Source of the DNA: Macrostomum lignano
Lineage: Eukaryota
Reading direction: 5' to 3'
Assembly: GCA_002269645.1 (NCBI GenBank)
Contig: NIVC01001518.1
Location: forward strand, 186,001 to 250,000
Length of the DNA: 64,000 bases
Positions within the stretch are counted from its first letter, which is position 1. Each line of letters starts with the position of its first letter. This document shows, piece after piece, positions 48,740 to 60,978 of this stretch. Both the position numbers and the translations under genes were made by a program. The notes beneath the pieces were generated by a model. That model did not search any database and was not told where the DNA came from. It worked only from the letters and a program-made list of their open reading frames with translations.

Positions 48740-51700
48740 CAGAGAGGCAGAGGGAGACAGGAGACGGAGGGAGACAGGGAGAAAGGGAGATAGAGGAAGA
48801 AGACAGGGAGATAGGGAGACAGGGAGAGATGGAGACAGGGAGACAGGGAGATACGGAGGATAGAGGGAGACAGGGAGACAGGGAGACAGGGAGACACGGA
48901 GATAGAGGGAGACAGGGAGATAGGGAGACAGGGAGACACGGAGGATAGAGGGAGACAGGGAGATACGGAGGATAGAGGGAGACAGGTAGAGAGAGAGACA
49001 GGGTGATAGGGAGACAGGGAGATAGGGAGACAGGGAGAGAGGGAGACAGGGAGATAGGGAGACGGGGAGAGAGGGAGACAGGGAGATAGGGAGACAGGGA
49101 GATAGGGAGACAGGGAGACACGGAGATAGAGGGAGACAGGGAGACAGGGAGACAGGGAGACACAGAGATAGAGGGAGACAGGAAGATAGGGAGACAGGGA
49201 GACACCGAGAGAGAGGGAGACAGTGAGATAGGGAGACAGGGAGATAGGGAGACAGGGAGAGAGGGAGACAGGGAGATAGGGAGACAGGGAGAGAGGGAGA
49301 CAGGGAGATAGGGAGACAGGGAGAGAGGGAGACAGGGAGATAAGGAGACAGGTAGAGAGAGAGACAGGGTGATAGGGAGACAGGGAGATAGGGAGACAGG
49401 GAGACAGGGAGACAGGGAGATAGGGAGACGGGGAGAGAGGGAGACAGGGAGATAGGGAGACAGGGAGATAGGGAGACAGGGAGACACGGAGATGGAGGGA
49501 GACAGGGAGACAGGGAGACAGGGAGACACAGAGATAGAGGGAGACAGGGAGATAGGGAGACACGGAGACACGGAGATAGAGGGAGACAGGGAGACAGGGA
49601 GACACAGAGATAGAGGGAGACAGGGAGATAGGGAGACAGGGAGACACGGAGATAGAGGAAGAAGACAGGGAGATAGGGAGACAGGGAGACAGGGAGACAC
49701 GGAGGATAGAGGGAGACAGGGAGATAGAGGGAGACAGGTAGAGAGAGAGACAGGGAGATAGGGAGACAGGGAGAGAGGGAGACAGAGAGATAGGGAGACA
49801 GGGAGACACGGAGGATAGAGGGAGACAGGTAGAGAGAGAGACAGGGAGATAGGGAGACAGGGAGATAGGGAGACAGGGAGAGAGGGAGACAGGGAGATAG
49901 GGAGACACGGAGATAGAGGGAGACAGGGAGATAGGGAGACAGGTAGAGAGAGAGACAGGGAGATAGGGAAACAGGGAGATAGGGAGACAGGGAGAGAGGG
50001 AGACAGGTAGAGACGGAGACAGGGTGATAGGGAGACAGGGAGATAGGGAGACAGGGAGACAGGGAGACAGGGAGATAGGGAGACGGGGAGAGAGGGAGAC
50101 AGGGAGACAGGGAGATAGGGAGACAGGGAGACACGGAGATAGAGGGAGACAGGGAGACAGGGAGACAGGGAGACACAGAGATAGAGGGAGACAGGGAGAT
50201 AGGGAGACAGGGAGACACGGAGATAGGGAGACAGGGAGACACGGAGATAGAGGGAGACAGGGAGACACGGAGGATAGAGGGAGACAGGGAGACAGAGGGA
50301 GACAGGGAGACACGGAGATAGAGGGAGACAGGGAGATAGGGGGACAGGGAGATAGGGAGACAGGGAGACACGGAGATAGAGGGAGACAGGGAGATAGAGG
50401 GAGACAGGGAGATAGGGAGACAGGGAGACACGGAGATAGAGGGAGACAGGGAGACAGGGAGACGCGGAGGATAGAGGGAGACACGGAGAGAGGGAGACAG
50501 GGAGATAGGGAGACAGGGAGATAGGGAGACAGGGAGAGATGGAGACAGGGAGACACGGAGGATAGAGGGAGACAGGGAGACAGGGAGACACGGAGGATAG
50601 AGGGAGACAGGGAGATAGGGAGACAGGGAGAGATGGAGACAGGGAGACAGGGAGATAGGGAGACAGGGAGACACGGAGGATAGAGGGAGACAGGGAGATA
50701 GGGAGACAGGGAGAGATGGAGACAGGGAGACAGGGAGATAGGGAGACAGGGAGACACGGAGGATAGAGGGAGACAGGGAGAGAGGGAGACACGGAGGATA
50801 GAGGGAGACAGGGAGATAGGGAGACAGGGAGACACGGAGGATAGAGGGAGACAGGGAGATAGGGAGACAGGGAGACACGGAGGATAGAGGGAGACAGGGA
50901 GAGAGGGAGACAGGGAGATAGGGAGACAGGGAGACACGGAGGATAGAGGGAGACAGGTAGAGAGAGAGACAGGGAGATAGGGAGACAGGGAGAGAGGGAG
51001 ACAGGGAGATAGGGAGACAGGGAGATAGGGAGACAGGTAGAGAGAGAGACAGGGAGATAGGGAGACAGGGAGACACGGAGATAGAGGGAGACAGGGAGAC
51101 ACGGAGGATAGAGGGAGACAGGGAGACAGAGGGAGACAGGGAGACACGGAGATAGAGGGAGACAGGGAGATAGGGGGACAGGGAGATAGGGAGACAGGGA
51201 GACACGGAGATAGAGGGAGACAGGGAGATAGAGGGAGACAGGGAGATAGGGAGACAGGGAGACACGGAGATAGAGGGAGACAGGGAGACAGGGAGACGCG
51301 GAGGATAGAGGGAGACACGGAGAGAGGGAGACAGGGAGATAGGGAGACAGGGAGATAGGGAGACAGGGAGAGATGGAGACAGGGAGACACGGAGGATAGA
51401 GGGAGACAGGGAGACAGGGAGACACGGAGGATAGAGGGAGACAGGGAGATAGGGAGACAGGGAGAGATGGAGACAGGGAGACAGGGAGATAGGGAGACAG
51501 GGAGACACGGAGGATAGAGGGAGACAGGGAGATAGGGAGACAGGGAGAGATGGAGACAGGGAGACAGGGAGATAGGGAGACAGGGAGACACGGAGGATAG
51601 AGGGAGACAGGGAGAGAGGGAGACACGGAGGATAGAGGGAGACAGGGAGATAGGGAGACAGGGAGACACGGAGGATAGAGGGAGACAGGGAGATAGGGAG

Positions 51701-53790
51701 ACAGGGAGACACGGAGGATAGAGGGAGACAGGGAGAGAGGGAGACAGGGAGATAGGGAGACAGGGAGACACGGAGGATAGAGGGAGACAGGTAGAGAGAG
51801 AGACAGGGAGATAGGGAGACAGGGAGAGAGGGAGACAGGGAGATAGGGAGACAGGGAGATAGGGAGACAGGTAGAGAGAGAGACAGGGAGATAGGGAGAC
51901 AGGGAGAGAGGGAGACAGGGAGATAGGGAGACAGGTAGAGAGAGAGACAGGGAGATAGGGAGACAGGGAGATAGGGAGACAGGGAGAGAGGGAGACAGGT
52001 AGAGAGAGAGACAGGGAGATAGGGAGACAGGGAGATAGGGAGACAGGGAGAGAGGGAGACAGGGAGATAGGGAGACAGGGAGACACGGAGGATAGAGGGA
52101 GACAGGGAGATAGGGAGACAGGGAGACACGGAGGATAGAGGGAGACAGGGAGAGAGGGAGACCTGCTTGGACTCAACCGCAGGGACATCAGGGCGGTTAC
52201 CATGGCCCTCTCGGGTCATGGCTGCTTTGCCAGGCATCGTTACCTCCAGGAGAAAATCCGCAGTGAGGAATGCCCTTTCTGCCTCTCCGGTGTCGAGAAT
52301 GCGGAGCAATTCATCTGTGAATGCCCCGCCTTTACTCAGGACAGGCTCACCTACCTCGGCCCAAACCCGGACCTCTCCGACGTTTTCAGGCCCGAGAATC
52401 TCTGCCAGCTCGTCCGCTACCTAAGGGCTACCGGGCGAGCGACAATCCACCTCCTGGACTCTCCGGAGGGGGACCGCGCTGCGGACGCCGGCGCCACCGG
52501 AACTCCCTGCGCGACACCGCAGCACTAGCTGCCCGTGGTCGCCAGGGGTTAGCGAAATGGGCGGCAACGCCTCCTCGCTGTTTCCGGACGCACGGAGCCC
52601 CCTGCAGCTAAGTCAAGTAAGTAAGTAAGAGGGAGACAGGGAGATAGGGAGACAGGGAGACACGGAGGATAGAGGGAGACAGGGAGAGAGGGAGACAGGG
52701 AGATAGGGAGACAGGGAGATAGGGAGACAGGAAGAGAGGGAGACAGGGAGATAGGGAGACAGGGAGATAGGGAGACAGGAAGAGAGGGAGACAGGGAGAC
52801 AGGGAGACACGGAGGATAGAGGGAGACAAGGAGAGAGGGAGACAGGGAGATAGGGAGACAGGGAGAGAGGGAGACAGGGAGATAGGGAGACAGGGAGAGA
52901 GGGAGACAGGGAGATAGGGAGATAGGGAGACAGGGAGATAGGGAGACAGGGAGAGAGGGAGACAGTGAGATAGGGAGACAGGGAGATAGGGAGACAGGGA
53001 GAGAGGGAGACAGGGAGATAGGGAGACAGTGAGATAGGGAGACAGGGAGATAGGGAGACAGGGAGAGAGGGAGACAGGGAGAGAGGGAGACAGGGAGATA
53101 GGGAGACAGGAAGAGAGGGAGACAGGGAGACAGGGAGACACGGAGGATAGAGGGAGACAGGGAGAGAGGGAGACAGGGAGATAGGGAGACAGGGAGAGAG
53201 GGAGACAGGGAGATAGGGAGACAGGGAGAGAGGGAGACAGGGAGATAGGGAGACAGGAAGATAGGGAGACAGGGAGAAAGGGAGACAGTGAGATAGGGAG
53301 ACAGGGAGATAGGGAGACAGGGAGATAGGGAGACAGGAAGAGAGGGAGACAGGGAGACAGGGAGACACGGAGGATAGAGGGAGACAGGGAGAGAAGGAGA
53401 CAGGGAGATAGGGAGACAGGGAGAGAGGGAGACAGGGAGATAGGGAGACAGGGAGAGAGGGAGACAGGGAGATAGGGAGACAGGGAGATAGGGAGACAGG
53501 GAGATAGGGAGACAGGAAGAGAGGGAGACAGTGAGATAGGGAGACAGGGAGATAGGGAGACAGGGAGATAGGGAGACAGGGAGAGAGGGAGACAGTGAGA
53601 TAGGGAGACAGGGAGATAGGGAGACAGGGAGATAGGGAGACAGTGAGATAGGGAGACAGGGAGATAGGGAGACAGGGAGAGAGGGAGACAGGGAGATAGG
53701 GAGACAGGGAGAGAGGGAGACAGGGAGATAGGGAGACAGGGAGACAGGGAGATAGGGAGACAGGGAGACACGGAGGATAGAGGGAGACGG
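48740..53790. repeat. Purine-rich array (GGGAGACA/GGGAGATA units), interrupted by a LINE fragment at 52163-52627
   Basis: Almost exclusively G/A on the + strand; internal ~835-bp duplication (rare gacgcggagg at ~50461 and ~51295). Confidence 0.95.
52163..52627 (+). mobile_element. 5'-truncated non-LTR retrotransposon (I/R1/Loa-like) 3' end with (TAAG)n tail
   Basis: LSGHG...CPFCLSGVENAEQFICECPAF..R..YLG is the CCHC-type C-terminus of a LINE ORF2 (the knuckle His reads Q here, H in the 60664 copy); tail taagtcaagtaagtaagtaag. Confidence 0.85.
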
Positions 53791-54680
53791 GACTCTGTGC
53801 CGCTGATGACGCAGCGCTGACCCGATGATGACCCGATCTCTCTGACGAGGACACCGACGCTCAGCAGCAGCCAGGCGGGGGGCAACCGGAGGCTGAATTC
53901 AAATGAATTTACATGTATTTAATTTCATATATGAAACATTTTCACCCTCAAACTAATCCATTAAATCGGGCTGTGCTCGCTACCAGAACATTCATTCCAT
54001 TCCATAGGAACAGGGCGTTGATGTCTTGCAAGATGGACTCTGGATAAAGTTGAGAACTCCCCAGAGCCTCAGATCCCCAGCCCACACTTGGCGCTACAAG
54101 GAGCAGCCAGTATGCAGTCGTGACGGCGGTCCACTGGAGTGCAGAACATCCCATCCTGCATTCTTTGCCTCGCTTTGTGCATCAATTCAGTCAATCAGTT
54201 TTACCCACCAGGGCTTTGCACCAGAGGAGAAAATGCACTGCAAAAATTTGGTGCAAAATGTAAAATTAAATAAAAAACTTTTTTCAATTGTCTGCAGTTC
54301 AGCTGCTTGAAATTCATTCAAATTCTTTTAGTTAGTTTTTTCGAAACTTGCTTGCTGAATTTTTAAAAAAAATTGTTTAAGAAAAATCGATTCGATAACT
54401 TCAATTCAGTATCAAACTTGAAAATGAAATTACATGTTTAATTTTTGATCTCCAATGTTGGGATTGCATATATACATCTGGATCAAAATAAAATTTATCT
54501 GAAATTCCAGCCGCAACAAACTGTAATTCGAGTGGCTCGGAGACAGGAAAACTGGAATTCCTGGCCCAACAGCGGCCTCTATAAATGCGAATCGCGGTCT
54601 CCGCAGGAGAATTAAGACTCGAAGCGAGGAGGAGGAATATTGAGAAGACCCCAACTCGGAATTCAGGACAGGTGAGTCAT

Positions 54681-55172
54681 TTTCTCAGGCTGTGCCGTGA
54701 AGAGTCAGCCCTCACTGAGCCTCTCTAATCTGCTCTCGTGTCTGCCTTTCCTTTCTCAGGCTGTGCCGTGAAGAGTCAGCCCTCACTGAGCCTCTCTAAT
54801 CTGCTCTCGTGTCTGCCTTTCCTTTCTCAGGCTGTGCCGTGAAGAGTCAGCCCTCACTGAGCCTCTCTAATCTGCTCTCGTGTCTGCCTTTCCTTTCTCA
54901 GGCTGTGCCGTGAAGAGTCAGCCCTCACTGAGCCTCTCTAATCTGCTCTCGTGTCTGCCTTTCCTTTCTCAGGCTGTGCCGTGAAGAGTCAGCCCTCACT
55001 GAGCCTCTCTAATCTGCTCTCGTGTCTGCCTTTCCTTTCTCAGGCTGTGCCGTGAAGAGTCAGCCCTCACTGAGCCTCTCTAATCTGCTCTCGTGTCTGC
55101 CTTTCCTTTCTCAGGCTGTGCCGTGAAGAGTCAGCCCTCACTGAGCCTCTCTAATCTGCTTTCGTGTCTGCC
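54681..55172. repeat. 71-bp tandem repeat x~7
   Basis: caggctgtgccgtgaagag recurs every 71 bp. Confidence 0.95.
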
Positions 55173-55175
55173 TTT

Positions 55176-55575
55176 CTCCTTCCCACCTCTCTCCTTCCCA
55201 CCTCTCTTCTTCCCATCCCTCTCCCACCTCTCTCCTTCCCATCCCTCTCCCACCTCTCTCCTTCCCATCCCTCTCCCACCTCTCTCCTTCCCATCCCTCT
55301 CCCACCTCTCTCCTTCCCATCCCTCTCCCACCTCTCTCCTTCCCATCCCTCTCCCACCTCTCTCCTTCCCATCCCTCTCCCACCTCTCTCCTTCCCATCC
55401 CTCTCCCACCTCTCTCCTTCCCATCCCTCTCCCACCTCTCTATTTCCCATCCCTCTCCTTCCCACCTCTCTCCTTCCTACCTCTCTCCTTCCTACCTCTC
55501 TCCTTCCCATCTCTCTCCTTCCCATCTCTCTCCTACCCATCCCTCTCCTTCCCACATCTCTCCTTCCCATCTCCT
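55176..55575. repeat. 26-bp pyrimidine-rich tandem repeat
   Basis: cccatccctctcccacctctctcctt units. Confidence 0.9.
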
Positions 55576-55599
55576 TCACCCATAAGTGGCCCCTATTAG

Positions 55600-56012
55600 T
55601 CCAAGTGACTCTCAGTGACCCACACCAATCCAAGTGACTCTCAGTGACCCACACCAATCCAAGTGACTCTCAGTGACCCACACCAATCCAAGTGACTCTC
55701 AGTGACCCACACCAATCCAAATGACTCTCAGTGACCCACACCAATCCAAGTGACTCTCAGTGACCCACACCAATCCAAATGACTCTCAGTGACCCACACC
55801 AATCCAAGTGACTCTCAGTGACCCACACCAATCCAAGTGACTCTCAGTGACCCACACCAATCCAAATGACTCTCAGTGACCCACACCAATCCAAATGACT
55901 CTCAGTGACCCACACCAATCCAAGTGACTCTCAGTGACCCACACCAATCCAAATGACTCTCAGTGACCCACACCAATCCAAATGACTCTCAGTGACCCAC
56001 ACCAATCCAAGT
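55600..56012. repeat. 29-bp tandem repeat x~14 (tccaagtgactctcagtgacccacaccaa)
   Basis: Direct reading. Confidence 0.95.
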
Positions 56013-56785
56013 GTATCTTGAAGCAAGTCAAGGACCTATAGAAGTTCATCTTCGCAACTCCTACTTTCGATATGAATCATGAGCCTTTGCATGCTTTTGA
56101 TGATTCTTTCTACGTAGTGATGGCCAAGCTAGTAATTTTAAATAGCTGCAACCTTGGTCCATGCCTTGTGCATGTCTTGGATTGCGGAAATAGTATTCTA
56201 GCAGATGGCTGAATTCGCATTCAGAATGGGAAAAAGCTAAAATGCAAAGACTCCGACACCTGTGGGAGAATTCTAAGCGCCGAAAGGGGAATCATGAATA
56301 GTAAGAAATCACATTAGTCATATACCTTGCCATGCGTGAAACTTGTTTCGGAACTTTCCTAGAAACTAAAATACATAAGCTACCCTCACAATGAATATAG
56401 CCAAGTGGATTCAGATTCGTCAGTTATGTGCAAAATTGGAATCCCATATCCTCTCCTCTCTTCTCTACCCTCTCCCCTCTCCCCACTTTTCTCTCCCCTC
56501 TCCTCCCTACTTTCTCCTCCTCTCCCCTTCCTCTCTCCTCCCTCACGTCTCCTCTTTACTCTATCCCCTATTCTCTCCTTCCTACTCTCTGCTCTCTACC
56601 GCATCCCATCTCCTATCTCCTCTCTCTTATACATCTTTCCAATCTCCTTCCTCAGCTTCCTATCTTCTTACTCCTCCCTCCTTTTTCTCCACTCCTCTCT
56701 CCTTCCTTCTTCCTCCTCTCTTCTCCCGCATCTCTGATCTCTCGTCTCTTTTTCCGCCTCACTCCTCTCTCCTATCTCCTATCGT

Positions 56786-57185
56786 CTAGGTTTATTTTTT
56801 TGGCCATATAGGGCTTTTTGGCCCCTTGAAAATCTCATTGGCAACTGGATTTTTGGCATCAGAGGCCAATCTGGCAACTTCATTTTACCCATGCCAGTTG
56901 CCACTTTAAAAAATGATTTTGTAAATGTAATAAAAGTTCTATATGAATTTAAGTTGTGGCAAATACTAAGTTGTAAAAAATGACAATGTCAATAGGCCTA
57001 ATAAGTCCCAGACAGTCTCATTCCCATAGTCATTTAGTACATACATGTTTAATAAGCCTTGGAAGTATCCATCCTTGAAAATTTGGCTAGTTGCCAATGG
57101 GCAACCAAAAATAGCCATTGGCAACTAGATTTTGAGCCCCAAGGGCCAGCTGACAACTATATTTCCAACCTTAGAAAAAACCTAG
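56786..57185. mobile_element. 400-bp hAT-type MITE
   Basis: Termini CTAGGTTT...AAACCTAG; 8-bp flanks cctatcgt / cctatcat (one CpG-type mismatch); internal tggcaac/gttgcca repeats; splits a CT-rich tract. Confidence 0.65.
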
Positions 57186-57583
57186 CCTATCATCTTCTCT
57201 CTTCCATCTTTCATCTAATCTCTCCACTCTTTCGTCACTATCCTTTTCTTTCCTATATTCTCTCTTCTCTCTCCTCTCTCCTTTCTCCTTTTTCCTTCCT
57301 CCTCGGTCTACTTCTTCTGTCTCTTCTCCGAAACTTTAAAAAATTCTGTCTGTCTCGCTACTTTACTGCGTAGTGCCCTAGCGGTTTGGCTATTAATCAG
57401 CCCTTTTACCTCTGTGACCCCAACTCGAACGATTTTAGAGCCTTCAAATTTTTTGTTTCGACAGTTAACTTTTTCATATTTTGCAATCCAAACACCTCCA
57501 CAACAGACTCGAACTAATTCAAGAAGCGCCAAAACCAACTGAGTTTTACTCTCGACTGAAACACAAACTCGCTGGCTTCGAAA

Positions 57584-60350
57584 ATGCCCGCCTGTCTGGC
57601 TGCAGTCATCGTAATTGCTCTGCTCGGATTTCAAGCTGAAGCTGCAACGACAAACACCAGCAAGAGTGCCGATGCCGACGCCCTGGGTCAGCACGGCCCG
57701 GCTGTAGACTCCGACAAGATGACCGAGAACATGCTGAACGATCCCACGCAATCAACAAATAGTCAAGCCACCCCTACCATCACCAAGGAAATTCTAAAGG
57801 ACTTGCTGAACGAAGAGACACAGAAAGCGCAGAGCTTCAACGGAATCTCCAACCATCAGCCTTTGGGTTGGGTGATGACGGAGACTGTGGGCGGGCCTGA
57901 CAAGGAAGAAGATAAGATGCCCGTCTATGTCTACCCGATGGGAGTTGGTCCATTGTTGATGAATGAATGCTTTCAGTGTCGCAATGTGCGCGTTGAATTG
58001 AAGCATTCTGTTGGCGGCAGGAGAGTCAGGACAGTGCAGTGCTTGCCAGAGTGTCCAGCTGGCCACCAACTGAGTGACAGCAAGGAAAATCTGTGCGTGC
58101 CCTGCCAACCCGGCAATTTCAAGAACACAACGGGAAATCATAGCTGCTTGCCTTGCGCTCCTGGTACTTTTGCTGCATCGCAAGCGTCTGTGAAGTGCAC
58201 GCACTGCAGTCCAGGAACTTTCGCTTTCAAACCAGGATCGGCACAGTGCCAGCAGTGCCCGGTTGGAACAAGAACAAGAAGGTTGGTCAACGGATCTACT
58301 TCGTGCGAGGCCTGCAGTGCCGGCACGTTTGCAGCTCAGCGAGGTCAAACGGAGTGCACTCCTTGTCCAGTCGGGCAGTTCAGTAATGCAGAGGGACAGG
58401 CGCAGTGCCAGTTGTGCTCTGCGGGGTTCTACTCTTTCTGGCAAGGTCAGACATCCTGCGCTGCTTGCAATTCTGGAATTTCGAGTGTGGAGGGCTCAAA
58501 GTATTGCAACAACTGTAAGAGGGGCGAGTTCAGTCCACATTATCCTGATAACGTCCCTTGCACCAAGTGCCCTGCAGGCTCGTCCACTCTGAGTGCGGGA
58601 TCGACAAGTTGCATTTTTTGTCCCGAAGGCAGCTACTCTAGTGGCGCTGGGTCAGCTTCTTGCTCCCCATGTCCCCGGGGGCTTTACCAGCCACTGAAAA
58701 ACCAGACTCACTGTAAGAGGGCCAGGCCAGGGTGGTACGTCGACTCTGAAGGCCGTTCTGAGCAGAAAATGTGTCCGCTAGGAACGATTTCCGGTGCTGC
58801 TGCATCCGAATGCACCGCGTGTCCAGCTGGGACCTTTGCCAAACAACTGGGCTCAACAAACTGCACCCAATGTCCTGCTGGGAGCTGGAGTAACGCAGGC
58901 TCCTCATCTTGCACCACGTGTCCAGCTGGGTCCTTTGCCAAACAACTGGGCTCAACAAACTGCACCCAATGTCCTCCTGGAAGCTGGAGTAACGCAGGTT
59001 CCGCATCTTGCATCGCGTGTCCTTCTGGGACCTTTGCTAAACCGCTGGGCTCAACGAACTGCATCCTGTGCCCTCTTGGAAGCTGGAGTAACGCAGGTTC
59101 CGCATCTTGCACCGCGTGTCCAGCTGGGTCTTTTGCCATACAACTGGGCTCAACAAACTGCACCCTGTGCCCTCTTGGAAGCTGGTCGAGTAACGCAGGA
59201 TCCGCATCTTGTACCACATGTCCAGTTGGAACTTTTGCCAAACAACTGGGCTCAACAAACTGCACTCAATGTCCTGCTGGAACCTGGAGTAACGCAGGCT
59301 CCGCATCTTGCACCACGTGTCCAGCTGGGACCTTTGCTAAGCAGGGCTCAACAATTTGCACCCCATGTCCTGCTGGAGGCTGGAGTAACGCAGGTTCCGC
59401 ATCTTGCACCGAGTGTCCAGATGGGACCTTTGCCAGCCAACCGGGTTCAACAAATTGTAATCCGTGCCCTGCTGGAACCCTGACGTATAGTGAATCATCT
59501 CGGGATAGGTTTACTTCCTTTATAGTTTGCGGTCCGTGCTGGGCAGGCACATACTCACGTGAAGGAGAAAGTGAATGTAAAATGTGCGGTCCTGGAAGAT
59601 GGAGTAACGCAGGCTCCGCATCTTGCGAGCTGTGCCGACCAGGCACATTCCAACCATATCAAAGCTCTAACAAATGTAAAGACTGCCCAGGAGGCACCTA
59701 CTCCAACGAATACGGTTCTGAATTCGTTGAAAGTTGCAAATCTTGCGATTTAAACTTCGCCCTGAGCCATCGCACTGGAATGACGCATTGTGACACATGT
59801 CCGAACTATGGGTCTACCTTCGGCACTAAGAGATGTTATCGTAAGTGAATTGCAAGTTCCCAGTATTCTGTTTACTGTTTTTATGACACTTTTATTTACT
59901 CTAATATTTTTAGGCAAGTTGCGGATCGAGTGGTGCAGAGGCTCTGACACAAAATTTTTTGGAGGATATGGGAGAGTAAACACTGGCGGCTGTGTAAAAA
60001 CGATTGATGGCAATGTAAACACATATGGAGGAGTCTGGATGAAGTGGAGTCTTGCCGTTTCTAAAACCTGGATTAAATATCGACTTGCCAAAGCTGAAAC
60101 AGTGAAAGGAGCTATAATCTGGTGCAAGAATCCATACGATGATTCGTTTGCCGAGTTTCTTTGGATAAGAGTTTTCAAGAACGGGGATCAGACGGGTATT
60201 TACATATGGAGTCAATTGGACTTCAGACCTGGGTTTGAGCACGCATGGGCATGGGCTGATGAGCCTATTTCAAATGTAATAATGATAGGAGTTTATTCAG
60301 AAAGCCTAAAACCCATCAGGTTCAACGAAATTGCTATATATGGCGAGTAG
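57584..60350 (+). CDS. Secreted Cys-rich repeat protein (GCC2/GCC3, ephrin-receptor/TNFR-like CxxCPAGTF repeats) with a C-terminal galactose-binding-like domain; exons 57584-59840 and 59914-60350; 897 aa
   Basis: Signal peptide MPACLAAVIVIALLGFQAEA and more than 25 CxxC.PGT/S units. The donor C|GTAAGT and acceptor tttttag|GC join the two track ORFs in frame; the C-terminal domain has DGN..T and ends EIAIYGE. Confidence 0.85.
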
Positions 60351-60663
60351 TTCATTCAGCCTGCTGAAACAATAACTGGAAATTATCATAATCGCTCAGT
60401 ATTGATGAAAACTGTGGTGTGAAAGCTAGCAGATTTTATTCTGAAAATATACTGAACACAGCGGCCGCTGGATAATAATCGGAGAGCATAATTCATTTGC
60501 ATTTCTTATTTCCTTTTTTATTAAGCAATATACTTTCATTGTGGAGTAGTTGACTGTAAGATCCGAAAATGTTGGACTAACAAGGTGAAGTATAGATAAT
60601 TAAAAATAGCGTCAACAGACTTGATTTTTCAACAGTAAGAGACGGTCAGGGTACGCCTTGTAA

Positions 60664-60978
60664 GTGAGCAAGCATGTAAGTCACGCCACTACTGCAAAGG
60701 TCCTTGCCATCGCCATTGTCACCACTCGGATCAAGCAGCTGTGGGTGACTTCAAAGCACAGGGATCGAGGCGGGCTGACGCCCCCGACTGCCGGGAATCC
60801 CGCGCTGCTGTCCCCTGGATTCAACCGCAAGGACATCAGGCATCGCCACCTCCAGGGAAAATCCGCAGTGAGGAATACCCATTCTGCCTCTCCAGTGTTG
60901 AGAATGCGGAGCACTTTATCTGTGACTGCCCACGTACCTCGGGCCAAACCGGAAGACTTTCCGACGTTTTCAGGCCTG
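60664..60978 (+). mobile_element. Degenerate LINE 3' fragment (same family as 52163-52627), 5' part
   Basis: aaaatccgcagtgaggaat..ttctgcctctcc.gtgt.gagaatgcggagca is shared with the 52250-52390 copy. Confidence 0.8.

Noticed and set aside
48637-53885. Very long ORFs (1188, 983, 1192, 425, 413 aa) of SLSPCLP type
   Set aside because: Artefacts of a C/T-only strand that cannot form stop codons; all three frames are open.
55093-57373. Pro/Ser/Leu-rich ORFs
   Set aside because: Low-complexity CT tracts and tandem repeats.
58138-59753. Antisense and alternative-frame ORFs over the Cys-rich gene
   Set aside because: Shadows of the repetitive coding sequence.
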